Source of the DNA: Tubiluchus corallicola
Taxonomy: Eukaryota; Animalia; Priapulida
Reading direction: 5' to 3'
Assembly (NCBI GenBank): GCA_030141605.1
Contig: JAQGDQ010002436.1
Location: 1 to 37,809 of the forward strand
Length of the DNA stretch: 37,809 bases
Both the position numbers and the translations under genes were made by a program. The notes under the pieces are model-generated. The model searched no databases, was not told the origin of the DNA, and saw only the letters and a list, made by a program, of their open reading frames with translations. Every line of letters begins with the position of its first letter. Position 1 is the first letter of the stretch. Below are positions 1-9,847 of this stretch, one piece after another.

Positions 1-2
1 GC

Positions 3-1259
3 GTGTTGAGGGTGCGATCTGATAATCTTCTGATAGAAAAAAAGATAGCTGATTATGAAAATATTTATGTGTTGGGGACTGGAAAAGCTACAGCAAGAAT
101 GGCAAAAGCTGTAGAGGAAATTCTGGGCGACTACATCACAAAAGGCTATATATGCGTGAAGTACTCTCATGTGGAGGAGTTGGAGCGTATCGAAATAGCT
201 GAAGCTGCCCATCCTGTGCCCGATGCTGCTGGAATAGAGGCGTCAAACACCATAGTAAAAATTGCAAAGTCTGCGACGAAAAAGGACTTGGTGATCAATC
301 TGATATCTGGCGGGGGTTCTGCTCTCTGTTGTTCTCCGTTTCAGGATGAAAACTATATGCTCACCCTCGAAGATAAACAGACGATGAGCAAGGTTCTTTT
401 GGGTTGTGGTGCTAGTATAAGCGAAATGAACTGCATCAGAAAACATATGTCAAACGTCAAAGGGGGAAGGCTACTGCAGCACATTGCACCCGCTACATCC
501 ATAAACCTCATATTGTCCGATGTTATCGGCGACAGGTTGGATACTATTGCCAGCGGTCTTACCAGTTTTGACAATACCACGTATCGGGATGCGTTGATGA
601 TCATCGACAAATACGACCTTGCGGACAAAATACCAGCCGATGTGCATCAATTGTTCCAGGATGGTGCCAGCGGTAAGGTGAAGGAGACCGTTAAGGAAGG
701 GGACGAAGTTCTCAACGGTGTGCACAACGTGATAATAGGGTCAAACCACCTCAGCACCATCGCTTCTTACAACAAAGCTGTGGAGCTTGGATACAATTCG
801 CTGGCTCTTACCAGCAGGTTTTATGGTGAGGCCAAAGAGGTTGTGAAGCTATTTTTGAGTGTGGGACAGGATATTGCTGAAAAAGATTTCCCCATAAGCC
901 TGCCGGCGTGCGTAATCATGGGTGGTGAGACGACGATTACCCTGAATGAGAAGGGGAAGGGCGGTAGAGTGCAGGAGATGTCGCTTGCTTTTCTCAGAGA
1001 ACTTCAAGGTGTCGATACAAATAGAGACAAACTGCATTTCTTGGCTGCGGCAACGGATGGAAATGACGGCCCTACGGATGCTGCCGGGGCTTTCGCCGAT
1101 TCTGAACTATTGGAGCTTGCTGAGAAGAAGGAGCTTGACATAAATAGACACTTGAAAAAGAATGATCCGTACCCATTCTTTGAGGAGATAGACGGATTGT
1201 TAAAGACTGGACCTACCAACACAAATGTTTGTGATATACATATACTCATAGTGAAATGA
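3..1259 (+). CDS. Glycerate 2-kinase (GckA/TtuD, MOFRL family); probably begins upstream of the window
   Basis: Motifs GTGKA, AAHPVPD, LISGGGSAL, RKHMSNVKGGRL, ILSDVIGD, IASG, GGETT, ATDGNDGPT and C-terminal TGPTNTNVCD. The ORF is open at the window edge. Confidence 0.9.
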   Translation: MLRVRSDNLLIEKKIADYENIYVLGTGKATARMAKAVEEILGDYITKGYICVKYSHVEELERIEIAEAAHPVPDAAGIEASNTIVKIAKSATKKDLVINLISGGGSALCCSPFQDENYMLTLEDKQTMSKVLLGCGASISEMNCIRKHMSNVKGGRLLQHIAPATSINLILSDVIGDRLDTIASGLTSFDNTTYRDALMIIDKYDLADKIPADVHQLFQDGASGKVKETVKEGDEVLNGVHNVIIGSNHLSTIASYNKAVELGYNSLALTSRFYGEAKEVVKLFLSVGQDIAEKDFPISLPACVIMGGETTITLNEKGKGGRVQEMSLAFLRELQGVDTNRDKLHFLAAATDGNDGPTDAAGAFADSELLELAEKKELDINRHLKKNDPYPFFEEIDGLLKTGPTNTNVCDIHILIVK

Positions 1260-1311
1260 TGGATATTTCTGCGAGAATGAGGCTTTTTATCTTTTTAAGG
1301 ACTGTAGGACT

Positions 1312-2580
1312 ATGATTCATATAAAAGTAGATGAACTGAGGCTCGGAGACGTTGTAATTAAGTGCGACAAGAGCGGAGTGAAGTTTCCGTATTATGGCAA
1401 GCCTTTGACCAATGTCAGGCATGTCAAAGAGCTGTTGAGGTCTAGCAATGTTGAGTATGTCTACATCAAGTCGTATTACGATCTTGAGCAACCAGAGACT
1501 ATTGATAAAAGTGACAGTCTTGAAAAGGACAAGGCTTTTGATAAAAGTGTAAAGGAACATATTGAGGACAACGCTGCTTCCATGAGCGACGAGTTTGTTG
1601 TCAGTATCGCCGAGGCAGAAAAACTTATGCGCATGCATAAGGACACTGTGTCCAAGACGAAAAATATCATGGAAGATGTCCGTATGGGCAATGCTCTTAA
1701 CACTTCAGAAGCAAAAGCTATGGTGAAGGAGCTTGTGGATGAGTGTATTCAAAATCCTGTGATATTCAGCAGTATGTCCAGGCTTAAGAGTTTTGACGAT
1801 TACACATTTGCCCATTCGTTGAATGTGTCGGTTATCTCGATCGCTTTGGGGAATCAGCTAAACTTTCAGGAAGATGAGCTGAAGGTCTTGGGCGAGGGTG
1901 CACTGCTGCACGATATTGGGAAGATGCGTGTGCCGAGTGAGATACTCAACAAACCCGGCAAGCTGGATGATGATGAGCTCGAAATTATGCACAAACATGT
2001 GATCTACGGTTATGACGTCATGAAGGAAGCTTCTGATGATGATTCCCAGAGGCAAAAGGAGATAATGGAGATAGTCATAGGTCACCATGAGCGGGCTGAC
2101 GGTTCCGGCTATCCTAGAAAGTTGAGCAAGAATGACATACATATGCTTGCGAAGATCGTCTCCATAGCGGATGCGTACGATGCCATGACCAGCGACAGAG
2201 TTTATCGAAAAGGGATGTTGCCTACGAAGGTGTTGCGTCTTATGTTGGACTGGAGCGAGTATCATTTCGATGGAGCCCTTATCAAGCTTCTTTTTAATGT
2301 TATTGGCATATTTCCGGTCAGTACTGTTGTGGTGTTGGATAGTGGTGAGATAGCTGTGGTTTTTGAGGTTAATGCCGATTCTCCCACGAGGCCCAAAGTA
2401 TTGCTCTGTTCTGACATTAACAGGGTGCCGATGCTTCCAGTTATGTGTGATTTGAGAATGAATGCGGACACGCCTTCGGGCAGATCTATAATTGCCCCTT
2501 TGGAGCCGTCTGAGGTTGGAATAGAGCCAAACAAATTGATCGAGAACTATATCAAGGGCAAAATGTTAAGCATGTATTAA
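1312..2580 (+). CDS. HD-GYP domain c-di-GMP phosphodiesterase with DUF3391-like N-terminal domain
   Basis: DDYTFAHSLNV, LLHDIGK, HHERADGSGYP, IADAYDAMTSDRVYR; N-terminal IKVDELRLG; AGGA RBS upstream. Confidence 0.92.
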   Translation: MIHIKVDELRLGDVVIKCDKSGVKFPYYGKPLTNVRHVKELLRSSNVEYVYIKSYYDLEQPETIDKSDSLEKDKAFDKSVKEHIEDNAASMSDEFVVSIAEAEKLMRMHKDTVSKTKNIMEDVRMGNALNTSEAKAMVKELVDECIQNPVIFSSMSRLKSFDDYTFAHSLNVSVISIALGNQLNFQEDELKVLGEGALLHDIGKMRVPSEILNKPGKLDDDELEIMHKHVIYGYDVMKEASDDDSQRQKEIMEIVIGHHERADGSGYPRKLSKNDIHMLAKIVSIADAYDAMTSDRVYRKGMLPTKVLRLMLDWSEYHFDGALIKLLFNVIGIFPVSTVVVLDSGEIAVVFEVNADSPTRPKVLLCSDINRVPMLPVMCDLRMNADTPSGRSIIAPLEPSEVGIEPNKLIENYIKGKMLSMY

Positions 2581-3321
2581 CAGTGCCGTATTGACGAGTA
2601 TCACTACTGCGCTGAACAATCTGATGCTCACCATGGTCCTGATCTTTATTTTTTCATCCCTTTTTATGAGTTGTAGCGCATATGGCAATATACTGAATAT
2701 CAATACAGTTGCCGTGTACGTTGCGATTATGCCGAGAAGATACGAAAAAACCGAAACGACAATAACTTTGACATCAGGTGTAATCTGTCCATGGGTAGCG
2801 GCCAGGATGAATGGTATCGGCGTGAGGCCGGATATTGCCGTGAATATTTTGAACATAGACTTTTCAGAATAGGCGATATTCTTTGTATCATACTTCGCTG
2901 TTGCCGAGTAATACATCCAGCATTCTGCCATCATGAACAGACTCAATAGCAGCATAAAGTATAAGCCGGACTTTTCAAACAATGTGAACACGGTATTGAC
3001 AAACTCCGCATCCTGTGGAGTGGCAAGTATTGTAGTCAATATATAAATTATTGTTGTGGACAGGAGCATTAGTAGCGCTATCGCTGTAGGGACAAGTATC
3101 AGGAGTGGTACGGATAGTTTCCTAGAGCATGAAAATGCTGCGATATTTATAAGTCGGAAATCGAGCAGGGCAAAAAAGATGCCGGCTGTTGCAGAAAGTT
3201 TGAAAAGCTGATACAGATTTTCAGTGCTGCCAGCTCTCTCCGACAGGGTGACATCGTAGCTCGCGCTGCCGAATTGTGGTAAAAGCAGAAGATTTGAAAA
3301 TATGTCAAACAGATCTAGCAA
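2566..3321 (-). CDS. Hypothetical integral membrane protein (about 6 hydrophobic segments)
   Basis: 251-aa ORF with several long hydrophobic runs; AGGAG/GAGAG upstream of a TTG start; overlaps the convergent HD-GYP gene end by 15 bp. No family recognised. Confidence 0.7.
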   Translation of the reverse strand: MLDLFDIFSNLLLLPQFGSASYDVTLSERAGSTENLYQLFKLSATAGIFFALLDFRLINIAAFSCSRKLSVPLLILVPTAIALLMLLSTTIIYILTTILATPQDAEFVNTVFTLFEKSGLYFMLLLSLFMMAECWMYYSATAKYDTKNIAYSEKSMFKIFTAISGLTPIPFILAATHGQITPDVKVIVVSVFSYLLGIIATYTATVLIFSILPYALQLIKRDEKIKIRTMVSIRLFSAVVILVNTALLIHA

Positions 3322-3389
3322 TTCTGTCTCACTCCTATTAGGCTTCTTTCGTAACTCGAAGTATGTACAGATATAATACTTGTCTTTTG

Positions 3390-3419
3390 TTGTGTTTGTA
3401 AGCAGAATTGTGCTAGAAT
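3390..3419 (+). promoter_or_regulatory. Putative sigma70 promoter (extended -10) for paralog 1
   Basis: TTGTGT-N18-TAGAAT with TGn immediately before the -10 (TGCTAGAAT, 3411-3419). Confidence 0.4.
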
Positions 3420-3479
3420 CACGTCATGCTTGTGTCAGGTATGCTTTAACGTGGGGGATGAGGCCTATCTGCTCAGGTT

Positions 3480-4475
3480 ATGGAGAAAAAAATGGGAAAT
3501 GAATTGTACGACTATGACGGTGAGAGTAGTTTGCAACAAGAACTACCGGAAGAGGAGCCGAGATCTGGACAAAAATGGATAAAATTGTTATTGCTTTTAG
3601 TTTTTTTGGTGGCTTGTGGTCTGATTTATGGGATGGTGTACTTCAAGATCAGAAACATCGTCTTTGGGAAGGTCGAAAGTTTTAAAGAATATGCGTATAC
3701 TTCTGCGGGGCTTGTTGTTGAAATTGACGATGTTAAATTCCGCATGTTTCCACGCTCGTTGACGATGTATGAAGTGTATTTTTTGCCTCTACCCGGAAGT
3801 TCATTCCCCACATTCATGATAGACAAAATGACTATAAATCGCCACGATGGCAGCCGAAGCTTCTTTGGATACCCCGCCTATCTTGATATGGATTTGGAGG
3901 GAATTATTCTTTACAACGAAGACGGCGTCAGTTACAACGGCATCGATGCGCACATGTCCATAGGATATGAATACGACAGAGCCACCGATACACTGGATCA
4001 CTACAAGCATGTGGTGGAGGTGCCTGGCTATTGTTCCTTCAACGCAAGCATAAAGTCCCAAGGTTTCCAGACCATTGAAGGGGAATACAGCAGTCTTTAC
4101 GACTTTTTGCACGCCTTAGAAAATATATATTTGCTCGAAATTGACATCGATTTTGACAATAAAGGGGTTGTTGAGATGCTTTTTGAACATATGTCCAGCA
4201 TGGAGGGGATGAGCGTTGATGAATATATGCAAAAGAGTCTCAGGAAGTTTCAGCAAGATATTATTCACTATAATCAGCACCCGCAAGATGCTGATATACA
4301 TCCCTTTCAAGCAGACTTTATACGTCAGTTGATGGAGTTTTATATCAATCCTGGGAATGTAGAGTTTAGGTTTGTTGCAGATAGTGGCTTGAGTGTTGCT
4401 GATGTTGTGGAGACATTTCCTCATGCACTGTTTCACCATGGAGATGTTCACATAGATGCTAATAGAGGGGACTAG
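3480..4475 (+). CDS. Membrane-anchored protein of unknown function, paralog 1
   Basis: Acidic N-terminus, one TM helix (LLLLLVFLVACGLIYGMVYF), beta-strand-like body; shares motifs with 4720-5736 and 6012-6968. Confidence 0.8.
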   Translation: MEKKMGNELYDYDGESSLQQELPEEEPRSGQKWIKLLLLLVFLVACGLIYGMVYFKIRNIVFGKVESFKEYAYTSAGLVVEIDDVKFRMFPRSLTMYEVYFLPLPGSSFPTFMIDKMTINRHDGSRSFFGYPAYLDMDLEGIILYNEDGVSYNGIDAHMSIGYEYDRATDTLDHYKHVVEVPGYCSFNASIKSQGFQTIEGEYSSLYDFLHALENIYLLEIDIDFDNKGVVEMLFEHMSSMEGMSVDEYMQKSLRKFQQDIIHYNQHPQDADIHPFQADFIRQLMEFYINPGNVEFRFVADSGLSVADVVETFPHALFHHGDVHIDANRGD

Positions 4476-4640
4476 ATGGCAAAGAAGTGCAAACTCACAT
4501 GAATGACGTTGGCGGTAAAAAACTTCAGAAGGCGCTGGCATTGGCGTTAATCGGATGTCGTGGTTGAAACTGGAAATATAAAAGCATCGGCATTTAGCGA
4601 AGGTTTTCTGGTAAACTTCCTAGACTGTTGTTGGCTATAG
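4476..4640 (+). pseudogene. Decayed N-terminal remnant of a fourth paralog
   Basis: ATG at 4476 behind GAGGGG; 4557-4616 translates VVVETGNIKASAFSEGFLVN, 11/20 identical to VVVETGSVDVKLFSGEFAVN of paralog 2; broken by frameshifts and stops. Confidence 0.65.
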
Positions 4641-4645
4641 AGTTG

Positions 4646-4674
4646 TTGTAATTGCTGAGGAATAATGGTATAAG
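4646..4674 (+). promoter_or_regulatory. Putative sigma70 promoter for paralog 2
   Basis: TTGTAA-N17-TATAAG with extended -10 TGn; GGAG RBS follows before ATG 4720. Confidence 0.45.
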
Positions 4675-4719
4675 GAAGACCATACAAGATTTGATATTAA
4701 ACCGATTGGAGATTATGTA

Positions 4720-5736
4720 ATGCGTGAAAATAATGAGAGTGATCGTATGGATACCCAGAACGGCACCGGTGATATGGACGTTTTAGCCCAGGATGTTTCG
4801 AAAGAGGGCAAGAGTATGCTGAAGCCTTTGGCCTTCATTCTTGGTGGATTAGCCCTTGTTGGGGTAATCGGCTACTTTGTAGCTCACACAATCGCAAAAG
4901 GAAGGGTCGCAGAGCAGATGGCTGAAATCAGGAGCTATCTGGATGCCAATGCCGGTGTTGTGGTAGAAACCGGTAGTGTGGATGTGAAGCTTTTTAGCGG
5001 CGAGTTTGCCGTCAATGATATAACATTTGAGGGGCCTGAAGGAGAGGCCATTGCTGCCAGGATAGACAAGATGCTTGTCCGCAGCTTCAAAAAGGGGAGT
5101 AACAGCAAATTGCCTGTCTCTTTGGACATTGACTTTTTAGGGGTGACGTTTGGCGATTTGGAGGCGATGGTTTATATGTTTACTGGTGTGGAGATCCCGC
5201 CGGTAGTTTTTAATATTTCTTATGCATACAACTATGATGAGAAAGCTGACATAGTTGATGTGTACAAATATCGGATCTCTTCCCCCTCTTATGCGACGAT
5301 AGATATTAAGGCTAAATACTATGGCCTTAAAGAGTTGTTTGCTACTCTGCATGATGGCAATATATATGAATACATGGACGCTTTGGCCAGTGAAGTGGAT
5401 GTTTTAAGTATCGATTTTGCTCTCACTGATGATGGTTTTCTTGATACTATGTTCGAACTTTTGGCAGGTGCATACGGTGAGGAGCCATCGGCTGCGAATG
5501 AGATGCGCGAAGAGATCATAGAAGACCTTCGTAAGGAATTGGAGAATGAATATGGGTCAGAATTTGCCAAGGAGTTTGCGAGTGCTCTCATAGAGTATCT
5601 GAATAATCCGCAAAACCTTAAAATCTCATTCGAAGCAGATGAAGGCGTCAGCGTTACTGTGGTTGAGCTTTTGAGCTTTTTAACTGGAGGTGCGGACGCA
5701 GGATACGGTAGTTACTCCATAACCGTGAATGAGTAA
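4720..5736 (+). CDS. Membrane-anchored protein of unknown function, paralog 2
   Basis: One N-terminal TM helix (LAFILGGLALVGVIGYFVA), acidic body, family motifs YNYDEK..VDVY, TDDGFLD, YLNNPQNLKISF. Confidence 0.85.
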   Translation: MRENNESDRMDTQNGTGDMDVLAQDVSKEGKSMLKPLAFILGGLALVGVIGYFVAHTIAKGRVAEQMAEIRSYLDANAGVVVETGSVDVKLFSGEFAVNDITFEGPEGEAIAARIDKMLVRSFKKGSNSKLPVSLDIDFLGVTFGDLEAMVYMFTGVEIPPVVFNISYAYNYDEKADIVDVYKYRISSPSYATIDIKAKYYGLKELFATLHDGNIYEYMDALASEVDVLSIDFALTDDGFLDTMFELLAGAYGEEPSAANEMREEIIEDLRKELENEYGSEFAKEFASALIEYLNNPQNLKISFEADEGVSVTVVELLSFLTGGADAGYGSYSITVNE

Positions 5737-5766
5737 ACCTTTTGAGGCTTTTTCTCTGTAGTTGAT

Positions 5767-5803
5767 AAAACCTTTGGCACATAGATATTTATGTGTCGGT
5801 TTT
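5767..5803 (+). terminator. Possible intrinsic terminator after paralog 2
   Basis: GGCACATA (5776-5783) pairs with TATGTGTC (5790-5797, one G-U), extended by AAAACC/GGTTTT; T-rich sequence follows. Confidence 0.45.
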
Positions 5804-6011
5804 GTCTGCCTGGGTTGTTTTTTTTTGGGCTCCAATGGCCTTACAGGCTAATAGTTGTCCGTAAGGATTGAAGAAGACGGGCTTTTAGGCGGGTTTTTTC
5901 GAAATAGTTGTTTTTGTGACGAAGGTGTTGTTTCTTTGCTTTGCACTGTCGAGGTTTGGGGCTTTATTTAATCTCGCCTAGTATATTTTTGGAGGTGTTC
6001 CTAGTATACCT

Positions 6012-6968
6012 ATGAAAGAACAGAATGCTGGCGATATTAGTGGCGGTGCTGGGCGTTATTTTTTTAGTGTTCGCAATGTTTTTGTTGTGTCGCTACTTAT
6101 CCCTGTTTTTTTGGCAGTTTTAGTATATGCCATACTCATGAATATTGCAGCCAATGAGATAAGCCATCGGTTCGCCTTCCTTGCGAAGTCTGGTCTTGAG
6201 AGTGGAATGTTCGTCACGTACGGTGATGTGTTGAGATCCCCTTTCAAAGGGGAAGTCCAGATAGACAACGTTACGATAGACTTGGCGGATGGAAGCACTG
6301 TCACTATAGGTAAAGTTTCTGTACAGAGGCGTTCGGCATTAGAAGCATTTAGGCCTAGCTTGGAGTCGTTACAGGTTCGCTTGCAGAATGTGCATGTTGA
6401 TCGCTTCGATGATTTTTTGGCAGAAAAGTTTGGCGAAGAGCACTTTGCGCTGCCGATCTATTTTGATGTCGGTATAGCTTACAAGTATGATTCCAAGCTT
6501 GCTACGTTGGACATTTACAATTTTGAGACTACCGTTAAGAATTACGCCACAATTAGTGGTAGTGCGTCCTTTTTTGGTCTTAATTACAGCTTTGCAAATG
6601 ACATCACGGACATTGTGCTCGATATGTACTTTGGGTTGGGGCTACGTGAGATTTATATAAATTTTGTAGATAACGGCGCCATGGATATGCTCACATCCTA
6701 TTTTGAGCAGCTTTATGGCAAGAGCGGCGATGATTTGGTGGAGCTAATGAAGATCCCTGTAGAGGGTGAGCTTTTGTACATGAACGAACTTGAAAAAGAG
6801 GTGTTCATGCCAATACTTGAGTTTATCGATGAGCCGGACACATTTAGCGTTAGCTACAGCGTCTTTGGGGGTATGACTTTGTTCGACATTATCAACGGCT
6901 ACAGTTATCCGGAAGACCTCATGAACTACGGTCGCTTGAAGATGATTGCAAACGGAAACGAATACTAA
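6012..6968 (+). CDS. Membrane-anchored protein of unknown function, paralog 3
   Basis: One TM helix (VFVVSLLIPVFLAVLVYAILM), motifs YKYDSK..LDIY, FVDNGAMD, FIDEPDTFSVSY; GGAGG upstream. Confidence 0.8.
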   Translation: MKEQNAGDISGGAGRYFFSVRNVFVVSLLIPVFLAVLVYAILMNIAANEISHRFAFLAKSGLESGMFVTYGDVLRSPFKGEVQIDNVTIDLADGSTVTIGKVSVQRRSALEAFRPSLESLQVRLQNVHVDRFDDFLAEKFGEEHFALPIYFDVGIAYKYDSKLATLDIYNFETTVKNYATISGSASFFGLNYSFANDITDIVLDMYFGLGLREIYINFVDNGAMDMLTSYFEQLYGKSGDDLVELMKIPVEGELLYMNELEKEVFMPILEFIDEPDTFSVSYSVFGGMTLFDIINGYSYPEDLMNYGRLKMIANGNEY

Positions 6969-7102
6969 GCAGATTGTTGCTATTTTTTTTTATAAAGAGT
7001 GTACATTACACCTGCTTTTATGGTTTGAAAGCTGGTGTATCCTAAGATAGATCGACCGATATTTTCTCTTTTTTGGTCAACCTGCTTTGAAGGGGGTATT
7101 TT

Positions 7103-9026
7103 ATGAAGGGCATGGGAAGTAATGTTAAGCTGGACGGTAAGGCTGTTTCTGCTCTAAAATCTTTGGCAAGTACCTGTCGTGGAGATATTCTTACCATGAC
7201 AACTATTGCGGGAAGTGGTCATCCTGGTGGTGCCATGTCTTGTATTGATATGCTCATATCGATTTATGAACTTGCCAACGTAGATAAGGACAACGTGTTG
7301 TCGCCTTCTAGGGACCGTGTTGTTGTATCAAATGGGCACATTTCGCCCGGGGTGTATTCTATACTTGGTAGAAAGGGTTTCATCGATATTGAAGATGCGT
7401 TGTGCAGTTTTCGTCTCGTAGGCAGCCAGTTTGAGGGTCACATAGAGCGTGATGTCTTGGGAGTGGAGTGGTCTACTGGCAACTTAGGTCAGGGGCTCTC
7501 TGCAGCTTGTGGTTTTGCCTTATCGGGTCAGATTACTGGAGATGATTTTGACGTATACGTTCTCATGGGTGACGGTGAGCAGCAAAGGGCAGCTCAGCGA
7601 GGCTCGTCGCTTCGCTTTTAAGTATGGTTTAAATAATATAACAGCATTCGTTGACTATAATGGTCTTCAGATATCAGGAGATATCAACGACGTCATGCCT
7701 CAGAACATACGCCAAGAATACGTTGCTGACGGCTGGCACGTCATAGAGATAGATGGGCATAATTTTTATGAAATATTTGAAGCCACCAACGCTGCAAAAA
7801 AGATAGATCGCCCCGTGTGTATTCTGGCAAAAACGATCATGGGCAAAGGTGTCGGTTTCATGGAGCACAATGAAAAATACCATGGTAGCACCCTTACTTT
7901 TGAGCAGTTTGATGAAGCAATGTCCTGCTTGGGTCTTGATGTTGACCTCAATAAATATTTGGAACTGAGAAAGAAAAATAAAGGGAGAATCCCGCCTCAT
8001 AGGGATTTGAGTTACAAAGTTACTCTTCAGACCAGCAGCCCAAGGGAGTACGATGCTGATGCGTCTACGGATAACAGGAGTGCCATGGGAGCTGCCGTAT
8101 CGGATATGGTGCATCATTCCAGGACTACCGAGGGGAACACCCCTGTCGTTGTTTTTGACTGCGATCTGTCTCCGTCTGTCAAGACTGGGAGTGTATTGAA
8201 GGATTTCCCGGAGTGTTTTTTCCAAGCGGGTATTCAAGAACATCATACTGCGGTATGCGCAGGAGCTGTATCTATAAACGGTATTGTCCCTTTCTTTGCC
8301 GATTTTGGTGTATTTGCAATAGATGAGACTTATAACCAGCAGCGCCTCAACGACATAAATCATACAAACCTCAAGGTGTGCGCAACCCATTGCGGTTTAG
8401 ATGTTGGTGAAGATGGAAAGACGCACCAGAGTATAGACTACATAGGGCTTCTTCGAAATCTTTTCAACTTCAGAGTTATAGTACCTGGGGATCCGAATCA
8501 AACGTACAAAGCGGTGAGCAGTGCTGCCAAAACTTTTGGCAACTACTTTATAGGCATGGGTAGATCCAAGGTGCCCGTGATACTAAACGAGTCAGGAGCA
8601 CCATTCTTTGGTGAGGGGTACGAATTTGAATATGGTCGGATAGATAAGGTAAGATCGGGTAAATATGCTCTTTTTACCAATGGAGTTATGTTGCACAGGG
8701 CCCTAAGGGTGCGTGAACTTTTGCTCAAAGAGAAGATTGAAGTGGCTGTTCTCAATGTATCATGTCCGCTATCGCTCGATGTTACGTTAGTCATGAAGTA
8801 TGCGGAGGCTGGCATTATCTTTAGTTATGAAGATCACTATCCGTACACTGGTCTTGGGGGTTCTCTGATGCAGGCTGTGGCAACTGAAGGTGTTTCTTGC
8901 AGGGTGCAGGCTTTTGGGCCTACGACCTACGGGCTTTCTGGCTCATCAAATGATATTTTTGAAGCCATGGGACTTTCTCCCGATCGTGTTGCGGAGAAGA
9001 TTGCAGCCAGCATCAAGGTCAAATGA
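7103..9026 (+). CDS. tkt: Transketolase, single chain, with an apparent frameshift near 7580-7590 (ORFs 7103-7621 and 7509-9026)
   Basis: SGHPGG, DRVVVSNGH, STGNLGQG, MGDGE in frame 1; KGQLSEA..DYNGLQ, KTIMGKG..YHG, GIQEH, THCGLDVGEDGKTHQ, YEDH in frame 2. The TPP-binding GDG..N motif is split across the frames. Confidence 0.9.
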
Positions 9027-9064
9027 TTTTACCCGTTTGTCCGAAATTTCTCGGTGTGTGTTAA

Positions 9065-9736
9065 ATGATAATTACCGGTCGCAATTCAGTCGTGGAGTCA
9101 GCCAAAGCGGGTAAGGTTCGCAAAGTTTTCATAAAGAAGGGGGCAAACCTTTACGATGTAGACTTTGATGCTCCTGTGGAAGTTGTCGGGAAGGATCTTT
9201 TTGAAAAGCGTTTCGGGTTAAGTGCCCAAGGGGTGGCTGCTGAAGTTGAGGATTTTCGCTACTCCCGCTTTTCTCCATCTGTGTTTTTATCAAAAAAGGG
9301 CGTCATAATGCTCGATGGCATTATGGATCCGCAAAACTTTGGCGCTATAATTAGAGCTGCCATGGCTTTTGGCATCAGGGATGTTATAGTATCTCGCCAC
9401 AAGCAGGCTCCTGTAACTGATGCTGTGTTCAGGGCGAGCGCAGGTGTTGCGGTCAATGCCAATATTTACGAGGTATCTAGCTTGTCTGGTGCCGTTGATG
9501 ATCTGCAAGGTGCGGGCATCTCCATCTTGGCCACAAGTGCTGATGCTGACCGTTCATTGCGACTATTGGATGTGAAGTTGCCCTTATGCATAATTATAGG
9601 TTCCGAAGGTAGAGGGATTAAGCCGTCCCTTTTAGAAAAATCTGATGCGGTAGTATCGATCCCCATCAGCGAGGATGTTGACTCTCTAAACGCCTCCCAA
9701 AGTGCCGCAATTGTGTTGTATGAGATATTCAGGTGA
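9065..9736 (+). CDS. rlmB: TrmH/SpoU family RNA 2'-O-methyltransferase, 23S rRNA G2251 RlmB-like
   Basis: ITGRNSVVE, QGVAA, LDGIMDPQNFGAIIR, IIGSEGRGI, IPI...DSLNAS. Confidence 0.85.
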   Translation: MIITGRNSVVESAKAGKVRKVFIKKGANLYDVDFDAPVEVVGKDLFEKRFGLSAQGVAAEVEDFRYSRFSPSVFLSKKGVIMLDGIMDPQNFGAIIRAAMAFGIRDVIVSRHKQAPVTDAVFRASAGVAVNANIYEVSSLSGAVDDLQGAGISILATSADADRSLRLLDVKLPLCIIIGSEGRGIKPSLLEKSDAVVSIPISEDVDSLNASQSAAIVLYEIFR

Positions 9737-9847
9737 AGTTTTTTAAAAACTTATACATAACGACTTCTTGACAACTTAAACAGACACTTTTCCTCAAAAA
9801 CATCTATTTCCAACTCGCCTTAAATTGCCGTGGGGTGAATAAAGATG

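Noticed and set aside
7103-9026. A natural two-subunit transketolase
   Set aside because: The break falls within the TPP-binding motif, the second ORF's N-terminus is an off-frame overlap, and the first ends in unrelated residues.
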